A stretch of DNA of 63,250 nt, filler included, from Octopus bimaculoides (GCF_001194135.2; 4 parts of 4 records of this genome joined end to end with filler, not necessarily neighbours in it); one strand, 5' to 3'; positions 40,301-52,202 are shown, counted from the first letter of the whole stretch. Notes: generated by a model from the letters alone, not told the origin. A program made the numbers and translations.

Positions 40301-40455
40301 CAAGACTTCTTAAGGCAACTAGAAATCCCATGCAAGATTGATGCCTTGCAAAAGGCAGCCTTATTGGGCACAGCGCACATCTTAAGGAAAGTATTATCTG
40401 TCTGAGGTCCTTGTTGTGACTTGACAGATGACTAAAGATTCTGGTGCATTTTTAC
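37315..40455 (+). mobile_element. Near full-length but multiply frameshifted Dong/R4-like LINE between (TAA)n arrays
   Basis: Successive ORF pieces give PWWKRRI, FWSRLWG, WKA..PDGIHG, AWIDFKKA.D, KRGIFQG.PFSPLLF, LSMDDMKLF, YKYLGI, MHGQF, LIIAAQDQAL, LWDYDFQTD...RRPDIV...IIDVAIP and LLGTAHILRKVL*. Confidence 0.95.
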
Positions 40456-40473
40456 CTAAACTGTGTTACGAAG

Positions 40474-40542
<69 letters not shown>

Positions 40543-40543
<1 letters not shown>

Positions 40544-40756
40544 CCTTTCTAGTGGAAGTACATGGCCTCAAAGCTGACGAAAGGGATTAAGTCGATTACA
40601 TCAACCCCAAGGCGTAACTGGTACTTATTTAATCAACCCGGAAAGGATGAAAGGCAAAGTCAACCACGGTGGAATTTGAACTCAACGTAGCGACAGACGA
40701 AATACCGCTAAGCATTTCGTCCGGCGTGCTAACGATTCTACCAGCTCGCCGCCTTA
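40543..40756 (-). mobile_element. SINE family D
   Basis: Antisense of the family D consensus, flanked by TAA arrays. Confidence 0.88.
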
Positions 40757-40770
40757 GATAATAATTTTTG

Positions 40771-40842
<72 letters not shown>

Positions 40843-41397
40843 NNNNNNNNNNNNNNNNNNNNNNNNNNNNNNNNNNNNNNNNNNNNNNNNNNNNNNNNNN
40901 NNNNNNNNNNNNNNNNNNNNNNNNNNNNNNNNNNNNNNNNNNNNNNNNNNNNNNNNNNNNNNNNNNNNNNNNNNNNNNNNNNNNNNNNNNNNNNNNNNNN
41001 NNNNNNNNNNNNNNNNNNNNNNNNNNNNNNNNNNNNNNNNNNNNNNNNNNNNNNNNNNNNNNNNNNNNNNNNNNNNNNNNNNNNNNNNNNNNNNNNNNNN
41101 NNNNNNNNNNNNNNNNNNNNNNNNNNNNNNNNNNNNNNNNNNNNNNNNNNNNNNNNNNNNNNNNNNNNNNNNNNNNNNNNNNNNNNNNNNNNNNNNNNNN
41201 NNNNNNNNNNNNNNNNNNNNNNNNNNNNNNNNNNNNNNNNNNNNNNNNNNNNNNNNNNNNNNNNNNNNNNNNNNNNNNNNNNNNNNNNNNNNNNNNNNNN
41301 NNNNNNNNNNNNNNNNNNNNNNNNNNNNNNNNNNNNNNNNNNNNNNNNNNNNNNNNNNNNNNNNNNNNNNNNNNNNNNNNNNNNNNNNNNNNNNNNN

Positions 41398-41725
41398 GGA
41401 AAAACTTTCAAAATACAAAGGCCTGGAAATAGAAGTAACTCGAATGTGGAATCTAAAAACAGAAACAATTCCTATCATAGTAGGTGCCTTAGGTATAATA
41501 AAAAAATATTCAGACAAATACATAACAAAAACACCAAGACTCACAAATATATATAACATACAGAAAATTGCACTACTGGGCACTGCACACATCCTACGCA
41601 AAACACTTTCAATACAGTAACCATAAGAGCACCACAGCAAACCACAGCACATACCCAAGGCACACAGAGCTGCGCTCGGTAGTGAAGTGAAAGCACGTTA
41701 TAAAAATAAAACTACTGAACAATAA
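41398..41725 (+). mobile_element. Dong/R4-like LINE 3' end, same subfamily as 7295-7507
   Basis: KYKGLEIEVTRMWNLKTETIPIIVGALG...LLGTAHILRKTLSIQ* plus a 3'UTR and an (AAT)n tail. Confidence 0.9.
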
Positions 41726-41959
41726 TAATAATAATAAAGCAAACAAAGTTAGTCAAAAGTTTCCTCTTCTTACCTTTTTATATATTGCTATCTTGCTAGA
41801 TTTATATTGAACTGGAACTACTGTATCGAAAAGACCGCTTTGCCATGAGGTCGATGTGAAGACCCTCCCACCCATCACCTCTTCCTCGTATTCAAATTAG
41901 GAGCCAGACATATATATATATATATTTTTCTTTGAATCAACTCTTACGAGGTAACGACT

Positions 41960-42620
41960 ACACCTGAGAGGCTGAAGCAATCATAACTCTTGAACATTCC
42001 TTCCAGGAGACGGAAACTCCAAAACTTAAACCAGGATTACAGCAATCCTATATCCTAGGGTGGAGATCTTGTCATTTATGGTGTCACGGGGAAAAAATAC
42101 TGGTGGTTATGCAACCTAAAATTCACTAACCTTCATCATGATTGCTGAAATGTCAAATAAAAATAGAAATGAGAACGGCGTGAATGAGGCTGGAACACCT
42201 TGTGAAGGTCTTTCGCCCGGCGGGTGCCCCACGGGTGAGCAGCGTGGGGCCAGTCGTCAACAAGCAACTGCTAAAAGAAGGTGGACGAAAGAAATGAATG
42301 TAGTTGTAATGGAGTGCTACTTTCTGGGTAATCCGAGAAATGATAATGAATTACACTCTAGGGGATATAGGATAAGAATGCAAAGGGCATGGAGCGAGAG
42401 AAACCTATTTGAATTAAGTGAACAAAATCTGTGTGACCAAGCTAGAGCCATTAGAAAGAATGAATGGTTATCTCCAGTTGAACTAGAAAACATTGAGAGA
42501 CGGGTGCGCTTAGGGATAGTAAGACCAGCGGTGAACGGAAGGAGGAGGAAGAGAATGCAGATAGTGAAATTATGGCAGTAGAGTTAAATGAATAAAACGA
42601 GCATGAGGCTAAGATTATTT
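41960..42620 (+). mobile_element. 5' UTR and N-terminus of a Dong/R4-like LINE (3'-truncated)
   Basis: ORF 42138-42581 reads AKRRWTKEMNVVVMECYFL...GYRIRM...LSEQNLCDQARAIRKNEWLS.VELE. Confidence 0.8.
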
Positions 42621-42685
42621 ATCAGGAAAGCGATGAGAGAACCAAGGAACAGACGTGTTAACGATTCTGCCTGCTCACCGCCTTA

Positions 42686-42716
<31 letters not shown>

Positions 42717-42718
<2 letters not shown>

Positions 42719-42925
42719 CCTTTCTAATGGAAGCACAAGGCCTCAAATGTGTGGGGAGGCAATTGGACGATTACACTGACCCCAGTGTTTCACTGGTAAT
42801 TGACTTATAAACCCCGAAAGGGTGAAAGGAAAAGTCGACCTCGCAGGAATTTGAACTCAGAACGTAGCGAAATACCGCTAAGTATTTCGCTCGGCGTGCT
42901 AACGATTCTGGCAGCTCACCACCTA
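42717..42925 (-). mobile_element. SINE family D
   Basis: Antisense of the family D consensus. Confidence 0.85.
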
Positions 42926-42959
42926 ATAAAAGTTATAAAAATAATAGTTATAGATTCCA

Positions 42960-43210
42960 AATTCATTGATCCTCGAATGCTTAGATTTGTTTGGAATTGC
43001 AAAGAATGTAACATGTTTCCTGAAGTGAAGTATGGTGGGATGGAAAACTGAACTGACAACTTATGGAAAAAGCTTGGGTATCCTGGGTATCGGAAGAGAG
43101 ATTTTTCAGAGTGACAGCCTATCTCCGTTGCTTTTCGTTCTCTGTATGATACCCCTGAACTTGGTACTCAGGAAAAATGAGTCTGGAGTATCAACTAAAG
43201 GATAGTGCCT
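42960..43210 (+). mobile_element. Decayed LINE RT fragment
   Basis: R.IFQSDSLSPLLFVLCMIPL. Confidence 0.7.
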
Positions 43211-44360
43211 TGTGATATTTGTTTCAGCACTTTGCTTTCTGAGTTCAAATCTCACTATAGCCCAAGTGCCACCTGGCATTTTGTGTACCTTTAGCAGAGT
43301 CCACACTGCTATAAAAATTTGGGGTCAGGTTTCTGGCTTGATGATACCTTCTTCCATCTAGTCTTGAAAGCCTTGTAAAGTAGTCATGTGCACGGCCTTT
43401 GATTTTCAGACATAAAAGGTAAAATAAAATGCCACGTCAAGTCAAGAAGCTTACCAGACGATAGAAAAAAACATGAATAACTATAAGATGTACGGGCTAA
43501 ATTTGAGAGTTTACATTCAAGGAAAAGAAAACACGATTTGGTATCAAAATATTAAAGTATTTTTTAAAAAAGGAAAAAAGATAGCAACTAGATTATGACT
43601 ACAAGATAAGATTTTACTCAAAATAGCCTTCTCCATTTCTTTTCTTTTTTTACCTGGCGTTAGCATATTTAACTAACATGCTAAATACCATCAGACGCAG
43701 ATACACATGCTACGGAAGATTGATTTAATGAATGCAGGCGTCGCTGTGTGGTTGATCATTTCGCTTTGCAATTACGTGGTTCCGACTCCGTTTTCGCTGA
43801 CTTCTATTATAACCAGGGATCAATCCGAACCTCATGAGTGAGATTTGGCAAACAGAAACTATATCGAAGCTTGTCAGAGAAACCACTCTTGCTTCTACCT
43901 ACCTTCTGGGATGTGTTCAGCAGAGTTTATTTTGTTGCAGGAATCTGGACTAAATGCCCGATCTCGGGATTATTTCATTTCTTCCTTCTTCCTGCCTCTG
44001 GAAATTTCGTCTTGGATGCTGCTATTCTTCTTCTCTAAAACATTTAAAAGAAAATGATTCATTATTTGTATATGGATGACCACAAGTTATACATTCCACT
44101 TAATACACAGCTTGAAACGGTGCCACATATAGTACAATGGTTCACTACAAAAACTGATATGAAATTTGCTTTGGAAAAGTGTTTCGAAACAACCTTGAAA
44201 GAAGAAAAGAACATTATATAAACAGTAATATTTTGTTAGAATCAGAAATAGACAAGAATTAAATCAAGCACACACAAATATTTTGGAATTAAATTACGAA
44301 ATAGAAAAGTTTAGGAAGAAATATTGTGACGCATTAGATTGATACTTAAAACAGAGTTGA

Positions 44361-44890
44361 CTACCAAGGTGCATTCCAAAAATTTTAACACATTTTCAGG
44401 AGAAATATTTGTTTATTTCAAAGAAATACAAAACTGTAATTACCTTCAAAGTAGGATTTTCTGACTAATGCATTTGTAGTGCTCCAGCCATTTGGTGAAG
44501 ACCTTGTGAACGCTCTCCAACGTGAAGGTATCCAAGTCTCTTGTCACAATCTCCTTCATCTCCTCCTTCAGCTTAGGGAATAACAAAGTCGCAGGGAGTA
44601 AGGAATGGGCTGTAGAGAGGGTGAGGGATAGTTTTGGTCCCCATCTCTGTGAAGTAGTTGGTTACCTGGATGGAATTGTGGACTGATGCATTGTCCTAGT
44701 ACTTTTAAGACGAAATTTCTCGTTAAATTTCCTCAAACTTCCAGAAATAACTCTTTGTTGACCGTCTAACCAGAGGGAATCCAGTGAATGCAGATAACGC
44801 CGAGGATTTTGAAAAAGGGATCATCACGGGCTTCCCGGTGAACCTGCTCTACATGCCAACGAAAATCATGCTCGACAAATTAATTCAGAA
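44361..44890 (-). mobile_element. Mariner transposase C-terminal remnant with probable 3' TIR
   Basis: Minus strand reads GVICIHWIPSG*TVNKE, DNASVHNS.QVTNYFTEMGTKTIPHPLYSP.L.PCDF, FPKLKE and KWLEH.KCI...YFEG. Confidence 0.8.
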
Positions 44891-46069
44891 GCAGTCTGGA
44901 GCATTTCAAATGTTTCGGTAGTATTTTGTTCAGTTTAATACAAATGTTATTGAATGGCGAGCTTCTACATTCTCTCCGTATCCCGACAGTATTCTGCCAA
45001 CTAGTCAACTGTGACAAGCAGTATGTAGGAGGGTGTGTTCAAGATGTTGTTACAAACGGCTCCTTCAATCTCGAATTTTGTTATTTACGGTTATATTTTT
45101 CTGATATTAAAAGTTTATAGTAACATACTGAGTACATCTATCACCTGTGAATATATATTGGGTTCAGCTTGCTCTTTGTGGTAGAGCTGAGATTTGGAAC
45201 TACCATGAATCTTTCNNNNNNNNNNNNNNNNNNNNNNNNNNNNNNNNNNNNNNNNNNNNNNNNNNNNNNNNNNNNNNNNNNNNNNNNNNNNNNNNNNNNN
45301 NNNNNNNNNNNNNNNNNNNNNNNNNNNNNNNNNNNNNNNNNNNNNNNNNNNNNNNNNNNNNNNNNNNNNNNNNNNNNNNNNNNNNNNNNNNNNNNNNNNN
45401 NNNNNNNNNNNNNNNNNNNNNNNNNNNNNNNNNNNNNNNNNNNNNNNNNNNNNNNNNNNNNNNNNNNNNNNNNNNNNNNNNNNNNNNNNNNNNNNNNNNN
45501 NNNNNNNNNNNNNNNNNNNNNNNNNNNNNNNNNNNNNNNNNNNNNNNNNNNNNNNNNNNNNNNNNNNNNNNNNNNNNNNNNNNNNNNNNNNNNNNNNNNN
45601 NNNNNNNNNNNNNNNNNNNNNNNNNNNNNNNNNNNNNNNNNNNNNNNNNNNNNNNNNNNNNNNNNNNNNNNNNNNNNNNNNNNNNNNNNNNNNNNNNNNN
45701 NNNNNNNNNNNNNNNNNNNNNNNNNNNNNNNNNNNNNNNNNNNNNNNNNNNNNNNNNNNNNNNNNNNNNNNNNNNNNNNNNNNNNNNNNNNNNNNNNNNN
45801 NNNNNNNNNNNNNNNNNNNNNNNNNNNNNNNNNNNNNNNNNNNNNNNNNNNNNNNNNNNNNNNNNNNNNNNNNNNNNNNNNNNNNNNNNNNNNNNNNNNN
45901 NNNNNNNNNNNNNNNNNNNNNNNNNNNNNNNNNNNNNNNNNNNNNNNNNNNNNNNNNNNNNNNNNNNNNNNNNATATATGGGAGAATATACAAATAATAA
46001 CAACAGACGAGGACAGGTGGTGTAAATAACAAAAGGATATATTAGTATGACGCTCGGGAATACGGAAAG

Positions 46070-46106
46070 TCTTTGACGTTTCGAGCTACGCTCTTCAACA
46101 GAAAGA
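46070..46106 (-). ncRNA. Minimal type-I hammerhead motif (family 2), core variant CUGUUGA
   Basis: TCTTT-CTGTTGA-aGAGC gta GCTC-GAAA-CG-TC-AAAGA: stem I TCTTT/AAAGA, stem II GAGC/GCTC. Confidence 0.65.
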
Positions 46107-46681
46107 ATACGGAGACAAGGAGAAAAACACGGAGAAAAAAAAAAAACGGAGAAAAAAAAAAAATTGAATAGTGTTCAATCAACGGTCATACATATATATG
46201 TGTGTGTGTATCTGTGTGTGTGCGTGTGTGAGTATAATTTACTGTTCCGTTATAGGTAGGATAAACAGAAAAAGTACTCCATACTGTGAGAGATAAATAT
46301 CATTTAGTATAGACAGAATTTTCATGTTAATTCGCAGAAACTGTTATTTAAATGTTGTGTGTACTAAACGATATGTGTGTATGTATATNNNNNNNNNNGG
46401 TGCTTGCGTGCGTACGTACCTGCGCGTGCGCGTGTGCCACAGAACCTCCGCAAACTAGAAACCATTATCTGAGTGTTATCCCAACCTAATAATATATCTA
46501 TGAACTAAATCGCTATAAGTAATCATCATAAATCTTGTATCCACAAACGCGTTGAACTTTACACGAATGAAAGACTCAGAATAACAATACCTTCAAACAG
46601 GTATATCAAATATACATTCCCATCATCACTTGCGAAGCTGATATCAGTATAGATTCATCATCACCTGCCTCGGTATCGTAA

Positions 46682-46746
46682 CTATAGCATTATCAATCTG
46701 GCATTCAATCCAGGGGTGTCAACAGCGTTAAAAACATAATCACTCC
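46682..46746 (-). CDS. Candidate terminal coding exon of the 7TM-like gene (frame ambiguous)
   Basis: Strong acceptor CCTTTCTCTCCTGCTGATTTCTATTGATACCCAG. Frame 0 reads GVIMFLTLLTPLD* (stop 46705-07). Phase 1 reads GSDYVFNAVDTPGLNARLIML* (stop 46682-84). Confidence 0.35.
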
Positions 46747-47153
46747 CTGGGTATCAATAGAAATCAGCAGGAGAGAAAGGTTAACGTAGCATGGCCATTA
46801 CGTCAACACCTGCTTATTACTACAAACAGCAACAGCATCAAATCAAATTAGGATTAACTTATAGCTATAAAGTAGTTTCTAGGAAGCAAAACATTTCGTT
46901 TCAAAATAAAAAAAAATATAATGATCCTAAAATTATAGCAGCATAGAGAACTAACGAACGAAACCTCGCTTCAACCACCGATACACAAGAGAATAACAAC
47001 GAAAACAACAGCAAGACGAGAATTTCCAACCTTCATACATACATACATACATACATACATACATACATACATACATACATGCATACATACATATATACAT
47101 ACATACAAACATACATACATATATATATAAACATTCCTGTCACAACATGGGAC

Positions 47154-47164
47154 CTTGAAGACTG
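47154..47164 (-). CDS. Candidate 11-nt microexon encoding (T)SLQ(G) of TM7
   Basis: Acceptor TTTTCTTGCATTTTAG, exon C AGT CTT CAA G, weak donor GTCCCA. The phase-2 start matches the upstream exon. Confidence 0.45.
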
Positions 47165-47576
47165 CTAAAATGCAAGAAAATATACTAGTTCTTTAATATT
47201 TAATATTCACTATTTCATTTATTCTAAAGACAATCAATACTTCATTTCATTTTACTATATATACTATATATACTATATATACTATATATTCTATATCCTA
47301 CATTAATATCATAAGAATATAAATAAAACATAAAAAACAGAGTTGGAATTATTTTGAATAATAAATATATATATGTTTTATATATATATGTTTTATATAT
47401 ATATGTTTTCGTCCTGGTACAACAGGAAAGGAGAGAACCAATCTCAACAACAAGTGTCGGATAGAATAAGTAGAAGGGCTTTAAAATGTACGGAGGTCAA
47501 TTTATTCGACTAAAAATTCTGGCCGCAATCTGATGACTGACACAAGTAAAAGACATATGTTTGAATATGTGTGTGT

Positions 47577-47617
<41 letters not shown>

Positions 47618-47789
47618 TGTGAGAGTGTGTGTGTATGAAAGTATATGTAAATATATATATATATATATATATATGTNNNNNNNNNNNNNNNNNNNNNNNN
47701 NNNNNNNNNNNNNNNNNNNNTTAATTAATTAANNNNNNNNNNNNNNNNNNNNNNNNNNNNNNNNNNNNNNNNNNNNTATATATATATAT

Positions 47790-48720
47790 ATATATATTAG
47801 ACAAAATGAGATAACGAAGTCAAGGCTGTGTGGAGTTTTCAGGACATTTATAAGGGAAAAGACATAGATATAGTCTTACAGCTGTTTCTGGGATATTATG
47901 GATATCTCTTCATCAGAGACGATGTAAGATGGTTAAACAGAGGTAAATATTTGAGTTCGAAATAAGGAATTATTATGGAAAAGAAGGAGATAAGAAATAT
48001 AGAGGGAAATAAGAGAATGAAAGTAGAAAGAAAAATATAAAATATATAAAGCTATCGTAGTTGCAGTTCCATTATTCGAGAAAAGTGCTGTATAGAAGCA
48101 GTAAAAACAAGTTTCTTGTACATGGTGTTTAAGTGCCAATAGTAGTTCATGGTTAGTCATTTCAAAGTATGGAGCCGTGGATTCTGTATTGCTTGTTCGA
48201 AAGGGTCTTGTGGTGTGAAGGAAAATTTAAGAATGTATTGGTAGTATTTATGGATAGCTGGGAGGGGCGGAGATGTGTATGTTTAGAATGAGGAGATAAG
48301 TCAAAATGAAAACAGGAAGAGAAAATGAGAGGAAGAGAGAAAAAAATGAAAAGAGTGAAAAGAAAAAGCGAAGGGTGAAAAGTGAGAAAAGGAGTGTTAG
48401 TTGGTGGTCAAGATAATGTGACGGGAAGGTAGGGAGAGAAGTGGGGAGGGATAGGAAGAGATGAGAAGATAAGGAGTGAGATGTGTGAGTAGGAGAGATA
48501 TGATAGAGCTGCATTAAGGGAAGGGTAGAGAAAAGGTATGGATGGGGTGTTACCAAAGTGAGTAGTAATTTTAGCGGTAAATTTTAAAGTGGAGGGAAGA
48601 ATACGAGAATGTCAAATTTCTATAAATAGACGTATGTGGTTGTATAGGTTAGTGTGAAAGGTAGGAATCAGAGAGAAAGTTAGGAAGGGAAAGAAGGCAT
48701 AATTGCATACGTACACGGTC
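47790..48720 (-). mobile_element. Decayed Penelope-like 3' portion (GIY-YIG region and terminal repeat)
   Basis: Minus remnants (NNGTAT..L) resemble the C-terminus of PLE endonucleases, followed by a hammerhead motif in the tail. Confidence 0.55.
47873..47920 (-). ncRNA. Minimal type-I hammerhead ribozyme motif (family 3), intact core
   Basis: GTCT-CTGATGA-aGAGATAT ccata ATATCCCa-GAAA-CAGCTG-TA-AGAC: stem I GTCT/AGAC, palindromic helix III ACAGCTGT, predicted cleavage after GUA. Confidence 0.7.
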
Positions 48721-49999
48721 TGTCCATAGCACTTACTTAGCGCTATCTGCCACTCTTTGGGTCATCTACATACCAATACCTCTCATATATATATATATGG
48801 AACAGTTGATCTGTATGTAGCATCGAGTCATTCACTTAGCAACCTACGTGGTACGGATTTGCTTCATCAGAGCTGACCCTAGCGATAAACAACAACAAAA
48901 AACCATTCCATATACCACCACTCCATTCTGCTACATATCAACCACCCTAGCATTATATAACCACGCCAATCCGTCACACCATTCAAGTACACCACTCCAT
49001 CAAATCTCTCCACTAAACTACACCACTCTATTAATCCACTCATTATTCCTCGACACTGTTCCTCTCTGTATTACCCCTCTATACTTTTCTGTCATACTCC
49101 TCTACATTATTCCACTCCTATGTTCTACCGTACATTTCTACTACTATTCTACAGACTATTCCTTCGCGACATTCCACCTCGGCATGCCGACACAACACGC
49201 TAGCATTTCACCAAATCTTTACACCAGACCACATAACCACGCAACCAATCAGAGTTATATTAAGCAGTGAACACACCAAAACACATCAGCCATAGTGTTT
49301 TACTGTCTTGAGAATATTATTGCGCTAAATACACCCTTCTTTTACTGAACACATTGTGATTGTATTAAACGCACCAACGTTTTACTCAATTTTAAATACA
49401 TACTGCTTTGAACCAATAAACTGACAAAATGAAACCAATATAGTGCAGTATCCAAAACAGCAACCATTCTTGTTCCCATTAACATAAATTGTAAACAGAT
49501 GTTTTCAGTTTATGTTAATAACCTTGAACTGGTAGAATGAGAACATCCAAAATATTTGCTACACACTTTAGTGCTACCGTCTCGTGGACAAAAGGAAGTA
49601 CCAGATACATTAAACATGGTTGTATTCTATTTGTGTAGACTAAAAATTCTTCCTGGTTTTGAGAAAGACTTCTGCTTATCTGTCAGTTTTCATTTACATT
49701 AAAACCTTTTGACATTATCCAAAGAAAAAGAGTCTGAATGAATAGAACGAGGCTTTTATCTACGTGCTTTATCATCTGTAAATAAAGGTTAATCCACACT
49801 ATCGTGTGAGTTCTAAAGAAATTGGTTCCTATTATGCTGAGAAAGTGAACCATTTCACTTTCACTGATAAAAATTTATCAGTAAATTTTCCTGGTAATAT
49901 TATTCTTCTTTTTGAAGGATTTGATAAAAATCAGATAAACTAAAATAAAACATAGTACGAAAATATTTATTTTCCATGATTGGAAATCACAGTTATTAC

Positions 50000-50099
50000 G
50001 TAAATGATAGATCACAAAGAACTGCAAATGTTCCAGCTGTCAGTGGAGAACATCCCCAGTAGACAAACTCTAATCAGTGGATGCTACCAACATTGAAGA
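50000..50099 (-). CDS. 7TM-like gene exon (TM6 to start of TM7) with in-frame TGA; alternative short form 50000-50069
   Basis: Acceptor CTCTCAACTTATTTTATAACCAG and donor GTAATA. Phase 1 to 2: (V)FNVGSIH*LEFVYWGCSPLTAGTFAVLCDLSF(T). TGA at 50074-76. Confidence 0.55.
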
Positions 50100-50598
50100 C
50101 TGGTTATAAAATAAGTTGAGAGATTAGGATTTTGTGCATACATAATTACAGAAAGCTATTGAGCAATAGTGTGAGGAAGTATTAAAAACAATTTTAGCCT
50201 AACAACAATGTATAGAAACTCATACATAAGTCAGGAAATAAAATACAAGGTTATACAATAAATGTATTTCTATGTTGTGTGTTTATTCAATGTAACTGTA
50301 AGAATACACAAACATCTACACGCGGACTTATAATACATTATGTATATTATTATAAATGTAATGTATTATATAACATATGGATATAAACCATTGTATGTAT
50401 ATGTAGATATGTACAATGTGTGTTTGTGTGTGCGTGTGTGCATACGTGTATATGTGTGTGTGAAGATAGATAGATAGATAGATAGAAAGATAGATCATAC
50501 AGTGGTTTATTGGACTCTCTTGTCAAGATTGAATTTCCTACGCTTACAAAATTTTATTAACTTTAATATTAAAGAAGAAACAGATAAACTCCGGTTAC

Positions 50599-50689
50599 CA
50601 CGTTGCAAAATAGGCGAACTATTTTGGTTTAAACGCTTCGTCTTCGATTTCTTTCTTTTGTTCATGTCTATTACTGTAGGTTCAGCATC
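50599..50689 (-). CDS. 7TM-like gene exon (91 nt, intracellular loop)
   Basis: Acceptor ATATATTTTTAATAG and donor GTAACC. Phase 0 to 1, open: DAEPTVIDMNKRKKSKTKRLNQNSSPILQR. Confidence 0.7.
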
Positions 50690-51724
50690 CTATTAAAAAT
50701 ATATATGGTCACAAGACAAGTTAAATATTAAACATACAACCAAAATTAATGAGCATCAAACAGTATGTTATTATTATCAGTTTATAATAATTGCCGTTGT
50801 TGTTGCTGCAGTCGCTGTTCTTTAATGTTCTGTTATATGAAGAAAAATTACTATTTTCAAAGTTTTCTGCGAAGGAAAGGACTTATGCTCAGAAATAAAG
50901 CCTTATCTGGATGCTTTCAACTGAGTAGATCTGCTATAAGCAACCAAATGCCATGTGGAGGTATTAAGCCAAAAGAAAGATTAAATCTACTTCCCAAGAA
51001 GAGGGTTGACACGGTTTCTGTTCAGTAAATTTAACTCAAAGGGCTTTGATTTACCTGAAACTGTGACAAAAGATACCTGCTTAAATTGCCGTGCAGTGTG
51101 GTTGAACTCGTAACCGCATAGTTACAAATATGCCTTGATTCAGCACTAAGGCCACAGCTCAAATCTTATGACCAAAGATTTTCCATCCGTGACCATACCG
51201 TCAATAATAAATTATTAACCAATATATCCTACTTTGAAGACAATGGGGTATTATTAAAAGGAGGTGCAGTTATTATTTCTAGCAGGTCGAGCAATCACAT
51301 AGAAGCTCCCTCGTTTGTTCGTTAGCAGTGTGGTTGGTGCCGTGGGTCAACGTTAAGTTTGCGCCAAAAGATTAAAGCGATTTGCTTATGTTTTTTAATG
51401 TGCTAAAGGATGACTTTAATCTGTTTGTATACCGACTTCTTTCATTAGTAGGAGTCCGCATATTTCGTGAGAGGCAGAACAGAGATAATTAGATTTATTC
51501 TATATGACGGAAGAAAGACAAGCCAACTCTAACAAATTTTAAATCAGTAAATAACTACCTGAAGATAACTTAGCCGAGTTATAAGAGTACTGGATAAAAT
51601 GTCTAATGGTGTCCCTCTCGGTTCTCTGCACTTTGACCTCAAACGCCGCCGAGGTTAACTTTGCTTTCATCTTTTCGGGTCGATCAATCCAGCATTGAAG
51701 CCGATTCTTTGTCTTTACATCTCA

Positions 51725-51773
<49 letters not shown>

Positions 51774-52202
51774 TCTCTCTCTCTGTTTCATGTACCTGCA
51801 ATTCAAGATCCAGGATTGTCGCATACTATGTCACTTTGATTCCGCCTGAGAATTACGTTGAGTTAAGAGTACACATGTCTATAGAATGTCCAGCCACACA
51901 TTTAATATTCGCGAGAATTCGGTTGATCGAACAAGTGATTAATGCTCATCGTCGAAGCTCATGGGGAACCAACAGCTACTGATTTATTACATTAACATAA
52001 GATCACAAGGAAAATGGGATGGAATCGATATAATCAAACCAAGTACAAGACTGATATTTTATCTATCGACTTCCGAATGATGAATGGCTGGAATTTAAAC
52101 ACTACATGCAAAGGACATGCGAACACTGCACATGCAAGGTATTTAGTAAAACAGAAGAATCTGAGGAAATGGTGATGATCCACGTTGGCAAATAATAATA
52201 AT

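Noticed and set aside
46705-46735. VDTPGL resembling a GTPase G3 motif
   Set aside because: There is no P-loop or other G motifs, and stops lie on both sides.
46705-46819. Longer exon from the acceptor at 46820 reading TNKQVLT*WPCYVNLSLLLISIDTQGVIMF
   Set aside because: It contains TAA, and its hydrophobic stretch is simply the polypyrimidine tract of the stronger acceptor at 46747.
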